Under the pieces are notes generated by a model that searched no databases, was not told where the DNA came from, and saw only the letters and a program-made list of their open reading frames with translations. Made by a program: the position numbers and the translations under genes. A DNA stretch of 64,000 nucleotides from Thermoanaerobaculia bacterium (GTDB lineage: Bacteria; Acidobacteriota; Thermoanaerobaculia; Multivoradales; UBA5704). Each line of letters opens with the position of its first letter. The stretch's first letter is position 1. The stretch lies in NCBI GenBank assembly GCA_038248205.1, contig JBBRUC010000001.1, positions 32,480-96,479 of the forward strand. Direction: 5' to 3'. Below, in pieces: positions 11,728-23,017 of this stretch.

Positions 11728-12960
11728 ATGAAGCGGTTCTCTGTCTATCTTCTCGGATTCGCGCTTGGGCTTGGCGCGTCATCCGGTGCCTCGGCGGCCG
11801 ATCGGCCGCCGCGTGATCTACATCTGGTCGGCGACCATTGGACGGCGTGGGATCCGCCGACACCGCCCGCGGGGGCGGAGGTCTATACGATCGTCCGCGG
11901 CGACACGCTCTGGGATCTCGCGAATCGATTCCTGGGCAATCCCTACCTTTGGCCGCAGATCTGGGAAGTGAATCAATACATCCTCGACGCGCATTGGATC
12001 TATCCGGGCGACCCGCTGCTGATCGGCCCGACCGCGGGCGGGGTCGCTTCCGAGGCCGATGGCGAAGCGATCACTTCCGACAGCGATACCGCCGAATATC
12101 AGCCGGTCGACGACGGTGAGGACACCACCCCGGTCGATGGCGTACAGACCTCCGCCGCCGCCGCGAGCCCGCCGCAGGCGCTCGGCTCCGAGAGTGACAT
12201 CTACTGCACCGGATACATCGGTGAGCTGGAAGAGACGTTTCCGCTCCAGGTCGTCGGATCGGAATTCGAAAACCTGACGCCGGACACCGACGGCCGGGCC
12301 AAAGAGCCCGAAGACGTCCGGGCACCGATCGTCACCTCGTTCGGTCTCTCTCGGGGAGAGACCGCCAAATACGGCCTCGCCACCGGCGATATCGTCTATC
12401 TCGACGGCGGCCGCGCGAAAGGTTTGACTCCGGGCAGCCTGTTCACCGCCATCCGGCGGGGCGACCGCGTTCGTCATCCGCTGTTCGGCGACGTCCTCGG
12501 CCGTTACTACGGCTACCTCGGCCGCGTCCGCGTGCTGTCGGTCCAGGAGGACACCGCGATCGCCGAGGTGGTCCACTCCTGCGACCCGATTCCGGTCGGA
12601 GCGCCCCTGCGGCCGTTCGAAGAGGAGCCGGTGCCCTTGGGGCGGCGGGCAGGGTTGCGCCCGGTCAACTTCCCGGCGACGCCGCAGGAACTCGAAGGCG
12701 CGCCGTCGATCGTGTTCGCCAAGGATGGCATCGTCACCCTGGGTCAGGACCACTTGGTCTTCATCGACCGAGGCGAAGAAGAGGACGTGACACCGGGCGA
12801 CCTCTACACCATCTACCGCTTGAACCGTCCGGGAATCCCACCTCTGGTGATCGGCGAGTTGGCGGTTCTCTCGGTCGGACGGCGAACCTCGCTCGCCCGG
12901 ATCATCGAGGCCCGCGGGTCGATCTTCCTCGGCGACCGGCTGCAGGCGAAGAAGCAGTAA
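11728..12960 (+). CDS. Secreted LysM domain-containing protein
   Basis: Signal peptide, then a LysM motif YTIVRGDTLWDLANRFLGNPYLWPQIWEVN. The remaining roughly 300 aa is of unknown function. Confidence 0.7.
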   Translation: MKRFSVYLLGFALGLGASSGASAADRPPRDLHLVGDHWTAWDPPTPPAGAEVYTIVRGDTLWDLANRFLGNPYLWPQIWEVNQYILDAHWIYPGDPLLIGPTAGGVASEADGEAITSDSDTAEYQPVDDGEDTTPVDGVQTSAAAASPPQALGSESDIYCTGYIGELEETFPLQVVGSEFENLTPDTDGRAKEPEDVRAPIVTSFGLSRGETAKYGLATGDIVYLDGGRAKGLTPGSLFTAIRRGDRVRHPLFGDVLGRYYGYLGRVRVLSVQEDTAIAEVVHSCDPIPVGAPLRPFEEEPVPLGRRAGLRPVNFPATPQELEGAPSIVFAKDGIVTLGQDHLVFIDRGEEEDVTPGDLYTIYRLNRPGIPPLVIGELAVLSVGRRTSLARIIEARGSIFLGDRLQAKKQ

Positions 12961-13015
12961 GAAACGATCCGGCGGATCGGACGACGCGCGCGGCCGTGGT
13001 AACGTGCCGCGCCGT

Positions 13016-13678
13016 ATGTCCGATCACGAGGCCGGCCGCCCCCCTCACGGTTTGTTCGTCACCTTCGAAGGCATCGACGGCTCGGGAAAGTCGACGCTGC
13101 TACGCCGAACCGGCGCATGGCTCGCCGGGCGCGGCGTCGCCGTGCGGACCACCCATGAGCCGGGAGGCACCCCCCTGGGCGACGCGATCCGGGGCATCTT
13201 TCTCGATCCTCGCTGGGGCGAGGTCGACGGCACGGTCGAGCTTCTATTGGTCTTCGCAAGTCGGCGCCAGCATTTGCACGAGGTGATCGATCCGGCGCTC
13301 GCCGGGGGCCAGGTCGTCCTGTGCGATCGCTTCACCGATTCGACCTACGCCTACCAGGGGGCTGGCCGAGGGGTCGAGCGCGCGCGGATCGACGAGATCG
13401 ACCGAATCGCCACGAACGGCCGGCGCCCCGATCTCACCCTCTTGTTCGATCTATCGCTCGACGAGGCGGAGCGGCGGATGGGCGCCGTCGAACGTGGCGG
13501 GCAGGATCGTCTGGACGGCGAGAGCCGCGCGTTCGCGGGCCGGGTGCGCGAGGGGTTTCTCGCCCTGGCGTCGGCCGAGCCCGAACGCGTCCGCATGATC
13601 GACGCCTCGGGGCCGATCGAACAGACCGAAGCCGCGGTTCGAGCGGTGCTCGCGGCCGCGCTGAGGCTTGTGCCATGA
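13016..13678 (+). CDS. tmk: Thymidylate kinase
   Basis: P-loop FVTFEGIDGSGKST, DRF motif (LCDRFTDSTYAYQG) and lid region. An alternative GTG start lies at 13004. Confidence 0.85.
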   Translation: MSDHEAGRPPHGLFVTFEGIDGSGKSTLLRRTGAWLAGRGVAVRTTHEPGGTPLGDAIRGIFLDPRWGEVDGTVELLLVFASRRQHLHEVIDPALAGGQVVLCDRFTDSTYAYQGAGRGVERARIDEIDRIATNGRRPDLTLLFDLSLDEAERRMGAVERGGQDRLDGESRAFAGRVREGFLALASAEPERVRMIDASGPIEQTEAAVRAVLAAALRLVP

Positions 13679-14511
13679 ACCGCGAATCGATCCTCGCCGC
13701 CGCCCGCTCCGGCCAGCTCTATCCCGCGGTCATCCTTCACGGCTCGACCTCGGAGGGGCGGCGAGAGATGGTCTTCGAACTCGCCCGGGCTCTGCTGTGC
13801 GACGCCGAGCCCGCCGCCCGGCCCTGTGGCGTATGTCGTCATTGTCGGCGGATCGTGGCGACCGAAAGCGGCGGCGATGCGCCGTTTCATCCCGATTTCC
13901 AGCTTCTCGATCGCGATACCAAGACCTCGACCTCGGTCGATGCCACGCGGGAGCTTTTGAAGGCCGCGCAGTTTTCACCGTTCGAGGCCCGTGGCCAGGT
14001 CTTCGTAGTCGCCAGCGCCGAGAGCCTCACCGGCGAGGCGGCCAACGCCCTGCTCAAGGCGCTCGAAGAGCCGTACACCACCTCGCCGCGCCATTTTTTC
14101 TTGCTCGCCCCTTCCCGCCTCGATCTGCTCGCCACCTTGCGCAGCCGGTCGCTCTCGGTGTTCCTCGGCCCCGCCGCGCCGCCCGATCGCGAGTCCCTGG
14201 CCCGCGTGGCGACGACCTTCGCCGCCGCGGTTGCCGCCTGGGAAAGCAGCAGGGCGCCGATCCACCTGCTCGCCGCGGCGAGCATCCTCGGGAGCGTAGG
14301 TGATTTCGACGACGCTCGATCGAGTCAACCCTGGGCGCTGGCCGCGACCGCCATCCTGGCCGGCCTACCGGTCGAAGGGCCGCCGTGCTCTCCCCTGCTC
14401 GCGCTCGCCGAAGCGTTGCTCGAAGCACCGGCGTGGCGTTTGCGCGGCATCCCGGCCGACCGCATCCTCGAAGGGCTGGTCGCCCGGCATTTGGCGCTGG
14501 CCCTACGGTAG
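13675..14511 (+). CDS. holB: DNA polymerase III delta-prime subunit
   Basis: Zinc module CGVCRHCRR, a degenerate Walker region and SRC-like motif TLRSRS follow the conserved tmk-holB order. ATGA overlap with the tmk stop. Start at ATG 13675, internal to the 396-aa track ORF. Confidence 0.8.
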   Translation: MNRESILAAARSGQLYPAVILHGSTSEGRREMVFELARALLCDAEPAARPCGVCRHCRRIVATESGGDAPFHPDFQLLDRDTKTSTSVDATRELLKAAQFSPFEARGQVFVVASAESLTGEAANALLKALEEPYTTSPRHFFLLAPSRLDLLATLRSRSLSVFLGPAAPPDRESLARVATTFAAAVAAWESSRAPIHLLAAASILGSVGDFDDARSSQPWALAATAILAGLPVEGPPCSPLLALAEALLEAPAWRLRGIPADRILEGLVARHLALALR

Positions 14512-14624
14512 GTCTGGAGCCAGGAGGCCAGGGGTGCGTGATCTCCTGGTCCGCCCGTTCGCCGGACCGGAGCGCGGGACGAACCGCAGTTCGCGGGGGG
14601 CTGGTAGGATCTCGCCGGTCCAAC

Positions 14625-15869
14625 GTGAAGATCCTCCTCGTCGTTTCCCGCTCGCCGTTCCCGCCGCGCCGGGGGGATCAGATGCGCGCCGTCCAGGCTC
14701 TGGAAATTCTGGGGTCCGAGCACCAGATCACCCTCGTGACCCCGCGCGGCGGGCAGCCTCCAGCAGAGCTGGGCGGGCGGGTTCGATTCGAAACCTATGA
14801 GCCGCCGGGCCGATTTGCGCGGCTGGTCGGCGTGGCGGGTGCCGCGGTCCAAGGCCAGCCGCTTCAGGCGGGGCTGTTTCGGAGCAGCGACCTTGCGCGG
14901 AAGCTGCGGACGCTCGCTCCGCGACACGATCTCGTCGTGCTCCAACTGGAACGGCTGATCGGTCACCTTCCCGACCTGCTCGGCGTACCGCTGGTCGTCG
15001 ACCTGATCGACAGCCTCTCCCTGAACTTCGAGCGACGGGCCGATTTCGATTCTTGGATCTGGCGCCCCGCGCTCCGGTTCGAAGCGGCGCGGCTGCTTGG
15101 CGCCGAGCGCCGGTTGGCGAGCCGGGCGTTCAAGGTGCTCGTCGTCTCCGAGCGGGATCGTCACTACCTCGAGGGGCGGCTCGGTCCCGAGTTGGCGGCA
15201 AAGGTGGCGGTGGTGCCGCTCTCCATGTCGATCCCCGAGGATCTGCCGCCGACCCTGCGTTTGTGGAAGCGGCCGGGCGAAGCGTGGGCCGGCGCGGCGG
15301 CGGTCGATCCGATTGAGCCCGGTGAGCCCAAGGAGCGCCCCCTTCTCGCGATGACCGGCAATCTTGGGTACTTCCCAACCCTCGACGGCGCCCTCTGGTT
15401 TCTCGAGTCGGTCTGGCCGCTCGTCCGGGCGGCGCGGCCGGAGGTTCGGTTCGTCCTCGCGGGCGCCCGGCCGCCGCGGCGGCTCCGGACCGCTATCGCC
15501 CGGGGGGGCGCCGAGCTGATCGAATCCCCCCCCGATCTGCGCTCGATCCTCAAAGGCGCCACGCTCGCCCTGGCACCGATGCGGGCGGGTTCCGGCCTGC
15601 CGGTCAAGGTCCTCGAAGCCTGGCTTGAGGGGGTTCCGGTGGTCGCAACCCCGTGGGCTGCGGAGGGCGTTTCGGGCCATGCCGGGCTCGACCTGGCGGT
15701 CGTGGAACCCCAGCCGGCCGGCTGGTGCGGGGAGATCTTGCGCCTGTTGGGCGATCCCGGCGCGAGGGCACGGCTCGTCGCGCGGGCTCGCGAACGCCTT
15801 GCCGCGGACTACGGCGCGGAGATCGTGGCGGACCGTTGGCGCGCGGCGATCGAGGGAGCGAGCGATTGA
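14625..15869 (+). CDS. Family 4 (GT-B fold) glycosyltransferase
   Basis: VKILLVVSRSPFPPRRGDQ N-terminus and the C-terminal EAWLEGVPVVATPWAAEGV nucleotide-sugar-binding region of GT1/GT4. Start is GTG 14625, in frame within the track ORF. Confidence 0.7.
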   Translation: MKILLVVSRSPFPPRRGDQMRAVQALEILGSEHQITLVTPRGGQPPAELGGRVRFETYEPPGRFARLVGVAGAAVQGQPLQAGLFRSSDLARKLRTLAPRHDLVVLQLERLIGHLPDLLGVPLVVDLIDSLSLNFERRADFDSWIWRPALRFEAARLLGAERRLASRAFKVLVVSERDRHYLEGRLGPELAAKVAVVPLSMSIPEDLPPTLRLWKRPGEAWAGAAAVDPIEPGEPKERPLLAMTGNLGYFPTLDGALWFLESVWPLVRAARPEVRFVLAGARPPRRLRTAIARGGAELIESPPDLRSILKGATLALAPMRAGSGLPVKVLEAWLEGVPVVATPWAAEGVSGHAGLDLAVVEPQPAGWCGEILRLLGDPGARARLVARARERLAADYGAEIVADRWRAAIEGASD

Positions 15870-15915
15870 GGAAATGGCCGGAGCACCATTTTCCGTCTTC
15901 GCGTAGAGTCGGGCG

Positions 15916-16566
15916 ATGGAACGGCAACGTCGGCAGCACACGACGGCGGAAGAGGTCGCCAACAGCGTGACGCACGGAGTGGGCCTGATCTTGTCGCTGA
16001 TCGGCTTTCCGCTCCTGGTCTTCACCGCTTCGGGACGCCAAGATCCTTGGCAGCTTTTGGGTTACGCGGTCTTTGCCACCACCCTGGTCTTTCTCTATGG
16101 GATCTCGACGCTCTATCACTCCGCCAAGCCCGGCCGGACGAAGCAGATCTTAAGGGTGCTCGACCATTCCGCGATCTACCTTTTGATCGCCGGTACCTAC
16201 ACGCCGTTCACCCTGGGCGTGCTTCGCGGCGCCTGGGGCTGGACGCTCCTCGGTTTGATCTGGGGTCTTGCGGTCTTCGGAATTCTGTTCAAGAGCCTGA
16301 TCGGCATCCGTCTGCCGCGCGCCTCGATCGTCCTCTACATTCTGATGGGCTGGCTGGTGGTGATTGCGATCCGTCCCTTGGCCGTCCAGCACGACGGCGC
16401 GGCGTTGCGCTGGCTGCTCGCGGGGGGTCTCCTCTACACCGGGGGGGTCGTGTTTTACGCCTGGGAGCGACTGCGCTACCACCACATGCTCTGGCATCTG
16501 TTCGTTCTCGGCGGCAGCGTCTGTCACTTTCTCGCTGTGCTCTGGTACGCCGCTCCGCCGGCTTGA
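15916..16566 (+). CDS. Hemolysin III family (PAQR/YqfA) membrane protein
   Basis: Seven TM segments. Motifs EEVANSVTHGVG, HSAIYLLIAGTYTPF and MLWHLFVLGGSVCHF match HlyIII. Confidence 0.85.
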   Translation: MERQRRQHTTAEEVANSVTHGVGLILSLIGFPLLVFTASGRQDPWQLLGYAVFATTLVFLYGISTLYHSAKPGRTKQILRVLDHSAIYLLIAGTYTPFTLGVLRGAWGWTLLGLIWGLAVFGILFKSLIGIRLPRASIVLYILMGWLVVIAIRPLAVQHDGAALRWLLAGGLLYTGGVVFYAWERLRYHHMLWHLFVLGGSVCHFLAVLWYAAPPA

Positions 16567-16633
16567 GACGGCGGCAGTCTCGAAGCAACCACGCGACTCC
16601 CCCTTGACAGGCTGTATCCCCCCGCCTATCCTG

Positions 16634-16660
16634 TTAGCAGTCGTTGCCCGAGAGTGCTAG
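16634..16660 (+). promoter_or_regulatory. CIRCE-like inverted repeat (HrcA operator) upstream of groES
   Basis: TTAGCAGTC-N9-GAGTGCTAG, compared with the consensus TTAGCACTC-N9-GAGTGCTAA (2 mismatches), sits 79 bp upstream of the groES start. Confidence 0.7.
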
Positions 16661-16738
16661 CAGAAAGCGCGCTAGTACGCCCAGGGCAACGAGTTGGAAT
16701 TCAAACCCAAACAAGAGTTTTGAGGGAGGTATCGAGCC

Positions 16739-17026
16739 GTGAATATTCGTCCCCTTCACGATCGGGTGGTCGTCAAGCGAATTGAGCAGGGTGAGCAGGT
16801 CCGCGGAGGCATCATCATCCCGGACACCGCCAAAGAAAAGCCGCAGGAGGCCGAGGTCGTGGCCGTGGGTCCGGGCAAACTGAACGACGAGGGCAAGCGG
16901 ATGCCGATCGACGTCAAGGCCGGCGACCGTGTGCTGATCGGCAAGTACTCGGGCAGCGAGATCAAGATCGATGGTGAAGAACTCGTCATCCTCCGCGAGG
17001 ACGAGATCTTGGCCGTGGTCGGTTAA
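16739..17026 (+). CDS. groES: Co-chaperonin GroES
   Basis: 95 aa reading [45 protein letters not shown], a canonical Cpn10 sequence. GTG start with AGGGAGG upstream. Confidence 0.95.
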   Translation: MNIRPLHDRVVVKRIEQGEQVRGGIIIPDTAKEKPQEAEVVAVGPGKLNDEGKRMPIDVKAGDRVLIGKYSGSEIKIDGEELVILREDEILAVVG

Positions 17027-17056
17027 CTCAACTCTACGACCTCAAGGAGGTTCTAA

Positions 17057-18712
<1,656 letters not shown>

Positions 18713-18758
18713 GACGCACTTCCCGAAGGGGCACCGCCCCTTCGTACGCTGCAAAAAA

Positions 18759-18791
18759 CGGCCGGCCCTTTCGGGGGCCGGCCGTTTCGTT
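18759..18791. terminator. Bidirectional rho-independent terminator between convergent groEL and the outer-membrane protein gene
   Basis: CGGCCGGCCC-tttc-GGGGGCCGGCCG hairpin, followed by TTTCGTT on the plus strand and preceded by AAAAAACG (a U-tract for the minus strand). A second hairpin, CGAAGGGGCACCGCCCCTTCG, lies at 18724..18744. Confidence 0.6.
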
Positions 18792-18815
18792 GGTGCGCCA
18801 GATTTGAAAGAGGTT

Positions 18816-19442
18816 CTAGAAGTGGGCGCGCAGGCCGAGATAGATCTTGGTCTGCAGGCTGGCCTGCGCGTCCTGGACGAGGTCGAAGCGGCCGGTGCCG
18901 AACGCGGAGACGTGCTCCGAGAGGAAGAGGTCGACACCGAACTGGGCGTCGACACCCACCTTGGTCTGGTCGCCGGACTCGCCCGGGTTGTCCTTGAGCA
19001 GCGCGGAATCGATCTGATGGAGCGCCGCGCCCGCGCCGAAGAAGGTCTCGATGTTGCCGAACGGAACCACGCCGATCAGATTCGCGCCAATCAAGAGGTC
19101 GCTCGCTTTGCCGTCGCCGCGCGCCTTCGAGGTCTCCCAGTAGCCGATTTCGGGCTCGACGTAGCCGCGAATCCCGCGGTCGGGCGAACCGTAGTCCTGC
19201 TCGTTCTTATGACCCGCGCGGATGCGCAACGAGGCGGTAAGGTACGGCTCGGTGAAACTGCCGTTCGAGGGTTCGACCAAGCCGACGCCGACGGACAGAG
19301 CGAACCGCTTTTCTTCTTTGTAGTCCGCATAGGGATCCCGGTTCGGATCGCCATCGCGGCTTTGCGGATCTTGAGCCCGCGCCGCCGCTGCGGGCAGCAT
19401 CAGGGTCGCGCCCACGGCTACCACGGTGAGCCATCGTTTCAT
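18816..19442 (-). CDS. Small outer-membrane beta-barrel protein (OmpA/OmpW-like transmembrane barrel)
   Basis: Signal peptide MKRWLTVVAVGATLMLPAAAARAQ, alternating amphipathic beta-strands, and a C-terminal aromatic residue (...YLGLRAHF). AGGAGGG Shine-Dalgarno before ATG 19442. Confidence 0.6.
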   Translation of the reverse strand: MKRWLTVVAVGATLMLPAAAARAQDPQSRDGDPNRDPYADYKEEKRFALSVGVGLVEPSNGSFTEPYLTASLRIRAGHKNEQDYGSPDRGIRGYVEPEIGYWETSKARGDGKASDLLIGANLIGVVPFGNIETFFGAGAALHQIDSALLKDNPGESGDQTKVGVDAQFGVDLFLSEHVSAFGTGRFDLVQDAQASLQTKIYLGLRAHF

Positions 19443-19534
19443 CCCGATTCCCTCCTGTTGCGTTAGAGCCCACTGTCGGTGTCGACGGGAGCCAAAGTTT
19501 TCGATCGATTGGATCTGCAATTTGCCCGCCAATT

Positions 19535-20026
19535 CTAGCAAAAAGCATCCCCCGTCGCTTTGGGGCTTACTTCACCCCCCGTTCGGATCAGCGGCGCGAA
19601 ACGCTCGGCGAGCGTCGGCGACTCTCCAATCGGCGTTCCGCGATGCTCCACCCAGGCGTGGGCGGCGAGAGCCGCGCCCTCTTTGCTCACCCCAAAACGG
19701 ATCTCGGTCTCGATCCCCTCCTCGGCAAGGAACGATTGGAGGGCGAGAGCCCGCGGAAGGCAAAGCATGGGGTAGAGATGGTGCCGCGCGGCGACGTCTA
19801 CCGCCCGGACCCAAAGAGCGAGGATCTCCGTTTCGCCACCCGGCGGAAACGAGCCGGGAGGGCGGCGAGCCGCGAAGCGGCTGGAAAGTCGCGCCGCAAC
19901 CCGAGAATATCCGAACAGGCGTAGGCGGAGATCGACCCCGGCGAGGCGCAGTATCGCGCGCAGCAGCCGGCGACGCTCAGGACCCGGGAGGGCGAGCCAT
20001 CGACGGGCGTCACGCGGGCGCCACAT
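19535..20026 (-). CDS. Lasso peptide biosynthesis B2 protein (transglutaminase-like leader peptidase)
   Basis: CLPRALALQSFLAEEGIETEIRFGV...ALAAHAWVE is the conserved Cys/His core of the lasso B2 (McjB C-terminal-domain) family. The start overlaps the B1 stop. Confidence 0.85.
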   Translation of the reverse strand: MWRPRDARRWLALPGPERRRLLRAILRLAGVDLRLRLFGYSRVAARLSSRFAARRPPGSFPPGGETEILALWVRAVDVAARHHLYPMLCLPRALALQSFLAEEGIETEIRFGVSKEGAALAAHAWVEHRGTPIGESPTLAERFAPLIRTGGEVSPKATGDAFC

Positions 20027-20309
20027 CGATCAGCCCATGGTCGAGCAGGTCGCGCACGAGATCCGTGAGATCCGAGCGCAACACCTCGACTTCGACCTTG
20101 TAATCGCTTTGCAGCCGCTCCAGCGTCTCGCCGAACGTCGAACCTTCGAGCCAAAGGGTCCAAGCCCGGGTGGCGACTTCGTTGAGGCCGTAATAGATCC
20201 CCCCCTCGACGTCGAGGACGACCATCTCACCCCCCAGCTCTCGGGCCAGCACGCCTTCACGGGGGCGAACGACGCTGTGCGGAAGAAGACCCAAGGTTGC
20301 GGTGGTCAT
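20010..20309 (-). CDS. Lasso peptide biosynthesis B1 protein (PqqD-like RiPP recognition element)
   Basis: MTTATLGLLPHSVVRPREGVLARELGGEMVVLDVEGGIYYGLNEVATRAWTLWLEGSTFGETLERL has the PqqD/RRE fold pattern. Start at ATG 20309; the track ORF has a 45-aa upstream extension. Confidence 0.8.
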   Translation of the reverse strand: MTTATLGLLPHSVVRPREGVLARELGGEMVVLDVEGGIYYGLNEVATRAWTLWLEGSTFGETLERLQSDYKVEVEVLRSDLTDLVRDLLDHGLIDVAPA

Positions 20310-20325
20310 GCGGAGAGGAAAATTA

Positions 20326-21276
20326 TCACAGCCCCTCAAGGTGCCCGAGAACCGCGGCACGGACCCGCGGCAGGTGCTCCAGTCCATTCGGATAGCGAAG
20401 ATGAAATACCGGAATCCGCTCGGCGACCCAGGCCAGGCGCTCAAACCGCCGACCTATGCCGATCGCCGCCTCGCCGAGCGCCCCGAGAAAGGAATGGCGT
20501 ACCAGTTCGATCATCGCCTCGCGGGGGGAGAGGCGTTCCATCTCGATCGTTGAACCTTCGCGCACCGGCAGGAACAGCGCGTCGAGCGGGCGCGCCGAAT
20601 CTTGAAACGTGCCGAGCCCTGCCCCGCCGACCGGCACCCGGCGCTTGTCGAAATCGGGATGCACCGGTTCAAGCTCGGTGGGATTTTCAACCAGATCATC
20701 CATCGATCTGGGCCAGAGGCGGAGCTGCGGAAAGCTCGGCGTGGCCACGATGGCGCCGAGAGAATCGACTTCCACGGCGAGCACGTCGTCGGTCAGAAGT
20801 GAAAAGCCCTCCGGAAGAAAGCTCGCGGCGAGACTGCTCTTGCCGGCTCGGTTGAAACCGAGAAAGCCGACTCCACCCAGAGGCGTGTCGACAGCGGAAG
20901 CGTGTAGGCAGAGAGCCCCCGAGATCTCCAGCCAGAGCGCGAGTACGATCCCCAAAAGGTAGGTCTCGGCCGAGGCGCAATCACCCTTTTGCCCGATCGA
21001 ATAGGCAATCCGTCCTCTCTCGACCCGGAACTCAATGCCCTCGACGAAGCGCAGTAGATGGTGGTCGCCCTCTCGAAAGGCGGTGAGCCAGCGCTCTGCT
21101 CCCTCCTCTAAGGATCCACTCTCAAAGAACGCTTCGGCTCGGCGGCCGGATCCTCGTTCGACCGCGGGGACGCGCTCGACCACGAGGTCGATTGAACCTT
21201 CGGATTGGGGCGCGACGAGTGTTTTGAGTGAAGGCTCGACGGAGACTCGGCGGCCGAAAAGGAGATAGGTGGGCAT
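20326..21276 (-). CDS. HPr kinase/phosphorylase-related kinase (lasso peptide precursor Ser-kinase type)
   Basis: Walker A FLGFNRAGKSSLAASF lies inside an HprK C-terminal-like domain. An HprK homolog inside a lasso cluster is the hallmark of paeninodin-type phosphorylated lasso peptides. Confidence 0.75.
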   Translation of the reverse strand: MPTYLLFGRRVSVEPSLKTLVAPQSEGSIDLVVERVPAVERGSGRRAEAFFESGSLEEGAERWLTAFREGDHHLLRFVEGIEFRVERGRIAYSIGQKGDCASAETYLLGIVLALWLEISGALCLHASAVDTPLGGVGFLGFNRAGKSSLAASFLPEGFSLLTDDVLAVEVDSLGAIVATPSFPQLRLWPRSMDDLVENPTELEPVHPDFDKRRVPVGGAGLGTFQDSARPLDALFLPVREGSTIEMERLSPREAMIELVRHSFLGALGEAAIGIGRRFERLAWVAERIPVFHLRYPNGLEHLPRVRAAVLGHLEGL

Positions 21277-21309
21277 TCGATCGGCAGATTCTGGAGCTGG
21301 CTCGGCGAA

Positions 21310-22995
21310 TCAATGGAAATGCAACCTCAGCCAAGCCTCTAGGGTCAGGCTATACCAGAACAGCGCTTCGTTCGTGGCGCCGGCCTGGTACCGCTCGTAC
21401 GCCCGGCGCAGCGGAGCTTCTTCGACGAAACCCATCCGGGCGGCGATCATGTCGGTACAAAGGTCCAACGCCTGCTTCTGCTCTCGCTCCCGCAAACCGC
21501 GATCGAAGATCGGGGTCGGATAGGTCTTTCCCAGGCGCTCGACCTCCGGGGCCGGAAGCAGACCCGCGAGCGCATTGCGAAGAACGAGCTTCGGCGACCC
21601 GGCACGATAGGTCTGATCCGAAGGAAGCGACGCCGCAAGCTCGAACAGCCGATGATCGAGCCAGGGGTGGCGCAGCTCGATGCCGTGCTCCGCCGCCTGC
21701 TCGGTCGCCTGGGCGGCAACGGCGCGCAGCAAGGGGTCGCGCAGAATCTCCAGCCGGCGGCGACGCCCGGGCAAGAGGGTTCGAGGGATTTCGGGGAACG
21801 CGGGCGGGGCGACCCCTCGCAGGCGAGGTCCAAGCCACTCAGGAGGCGAATCGGAAGATCGCCGAGGCATCAGGAACCGCGCGATCGGGCCGAGAGTTTG
21901 GAAACGCAGGAGCCAATACCAGTCCACCCCGAACTGGCGCCGATGGCTCAGCAGGCCCTGGGTCAGGCGCAGCCAATGGCCCTGCCAGAACAGGTCCGAA
22001 TAGGAGACGACATTGCCTCCGACCAGATGGTCGCCGCTCAAGCCCGACAGGAGAACACGAATTCCTTCCGATCGAACGGTTCGGAAGGTCTCGTCCCAGA
22101 GCGAGGAGTAGGAGTTGGCGAGCGGACTCCCAGGCGGAAGCCGCGGCGGACGACGGAGCGTCCACTCCTGATCGGCCGCGATCAGCACTTGCCGCAGGCC
22201 GAGCGCGCGGCAAACGTCGGCGGCCAGAGCACTCTCGTCGGCTTCCGGTAGCTCGGGGCTCGCCCACGAAAACGCCAGCAGGCTCGAAGCCGGAACCGTT
22301 TGCCGCGCCGCCGCGGCCACCGCCGTGGAGTCGAGGCCGCCGCTTACGGTAACTCCGCACGGCTCCTCCGGCAGGTATTCGGCGACCACCGAGAGCAGAC
22401 GGTCACGAAAAGCCTCGGCGTATTCCCCATCGGACCCAAGTCGCAAGGTTGAGATTGCCTCGGGTCGCCAGTAGACCCGCGTCTCAAGACGGGAAGAGTC
22501 GGCGATCAGGACGGCTCCGGCGTCGAGGGCGTGAATGTCACGATAGAAGGTCTCGCCGGGATCCGGCACGGCGCCGCAGATTTGGCGGGCCACTGAGGTC
22601 TCGTTGAGCGCCGGAGTCTGGTCGGCGAACAGGTCCTCAATTCGATCGGAAAGGGCGAGGAGATCGCCGCGCAGCGTGAAGTAAAGAGAATTCGCCCCCA
22701 GTCGATCACGTAAAACGTACAAACGGCGACGAGGACCATGCCACAAAATCCAGGCACAGGGCCCGGCAATGAGACGCGCCGCGTCCAGAGGTTCGCGCGA
22801 GCAGGCGCGAACGAGCAGCATAATATCGCTCTCTAGAGGATCGGCCCCGAAAGCATCAATCAGCTCTTTTCTATTCGCAATGAAGCCGGAAAACCAGAGG
22901 CATCGAATCGCGTCGTACCCGACTCCATCGGGCGCCGCGCGGCTTCTGTGCCATCGAACCAAGGAACTTTGAAAAGCCGCCGAGGCAACGGACAT
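21310..22995 (-). CDS. Lasso peptide isopeptide-bond-forming cyclase (asparagine synthetase B-like; C protein)
   Basis: PP-loop SGGLDS and an AsnB C-terminal-domain-like pattern. The track ORF begins with TTG at 23091 and would overlap the candidate precursor. ATG 22995 (MSVASAAF...) gives a 22-nt gap after the precursor stop and is preferred. Confidence 0.8.
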   Translation of the reverse strand: MSVASAAFQSSLVRWHRSRAAPDGVGYDAIRCLWFSGFIANRKELIDAFGADPLESDIMLLVRACSREPLDAARLIAGPCAWILWHGPRRRLYVLRDRLGANSLYFTLRGDLLALSDRIEDLFADQTPALNETSVARQICGAVPDPGETFYRDIHALDAGAVLIADSSRLETRVYWRPEAISTLRLGSDGEYAEAFRDRLLSVVAEYLPEEPCGVTVSGGLDSTAVAAAARQTVPASSLLAFSWASPELPEADESALAADVCRALGLRQVLIAADQEWTLRRPPRLPPGSPLANSYSSLWDETFRTVRSEGIRVLLSGLSGDHLVGGNVVSYSDLFWQGHWLRLTQGLLSHRRQFGVDWYWLLRFQTLGPIARFLMPRRSSDSPPEWLGPRLRGVAPPAFPEIPRTLLPGRRRRLEILRDPLLRAVAAQATEQAAEHGIELRHPWLDHRLFELAASLPSDQTYRAGSPKLVLRNALAGLLPAPEVERLGKTYPTPIFDRGLREREQKQALDLCTDMIAARMGFVEEAPLRRAYERYQAGATNEALFWYSLTLEAWLRLHFH

Positions 22996-23017
22996 CCGAG
23001 GGGAGACGGGACGAAAA

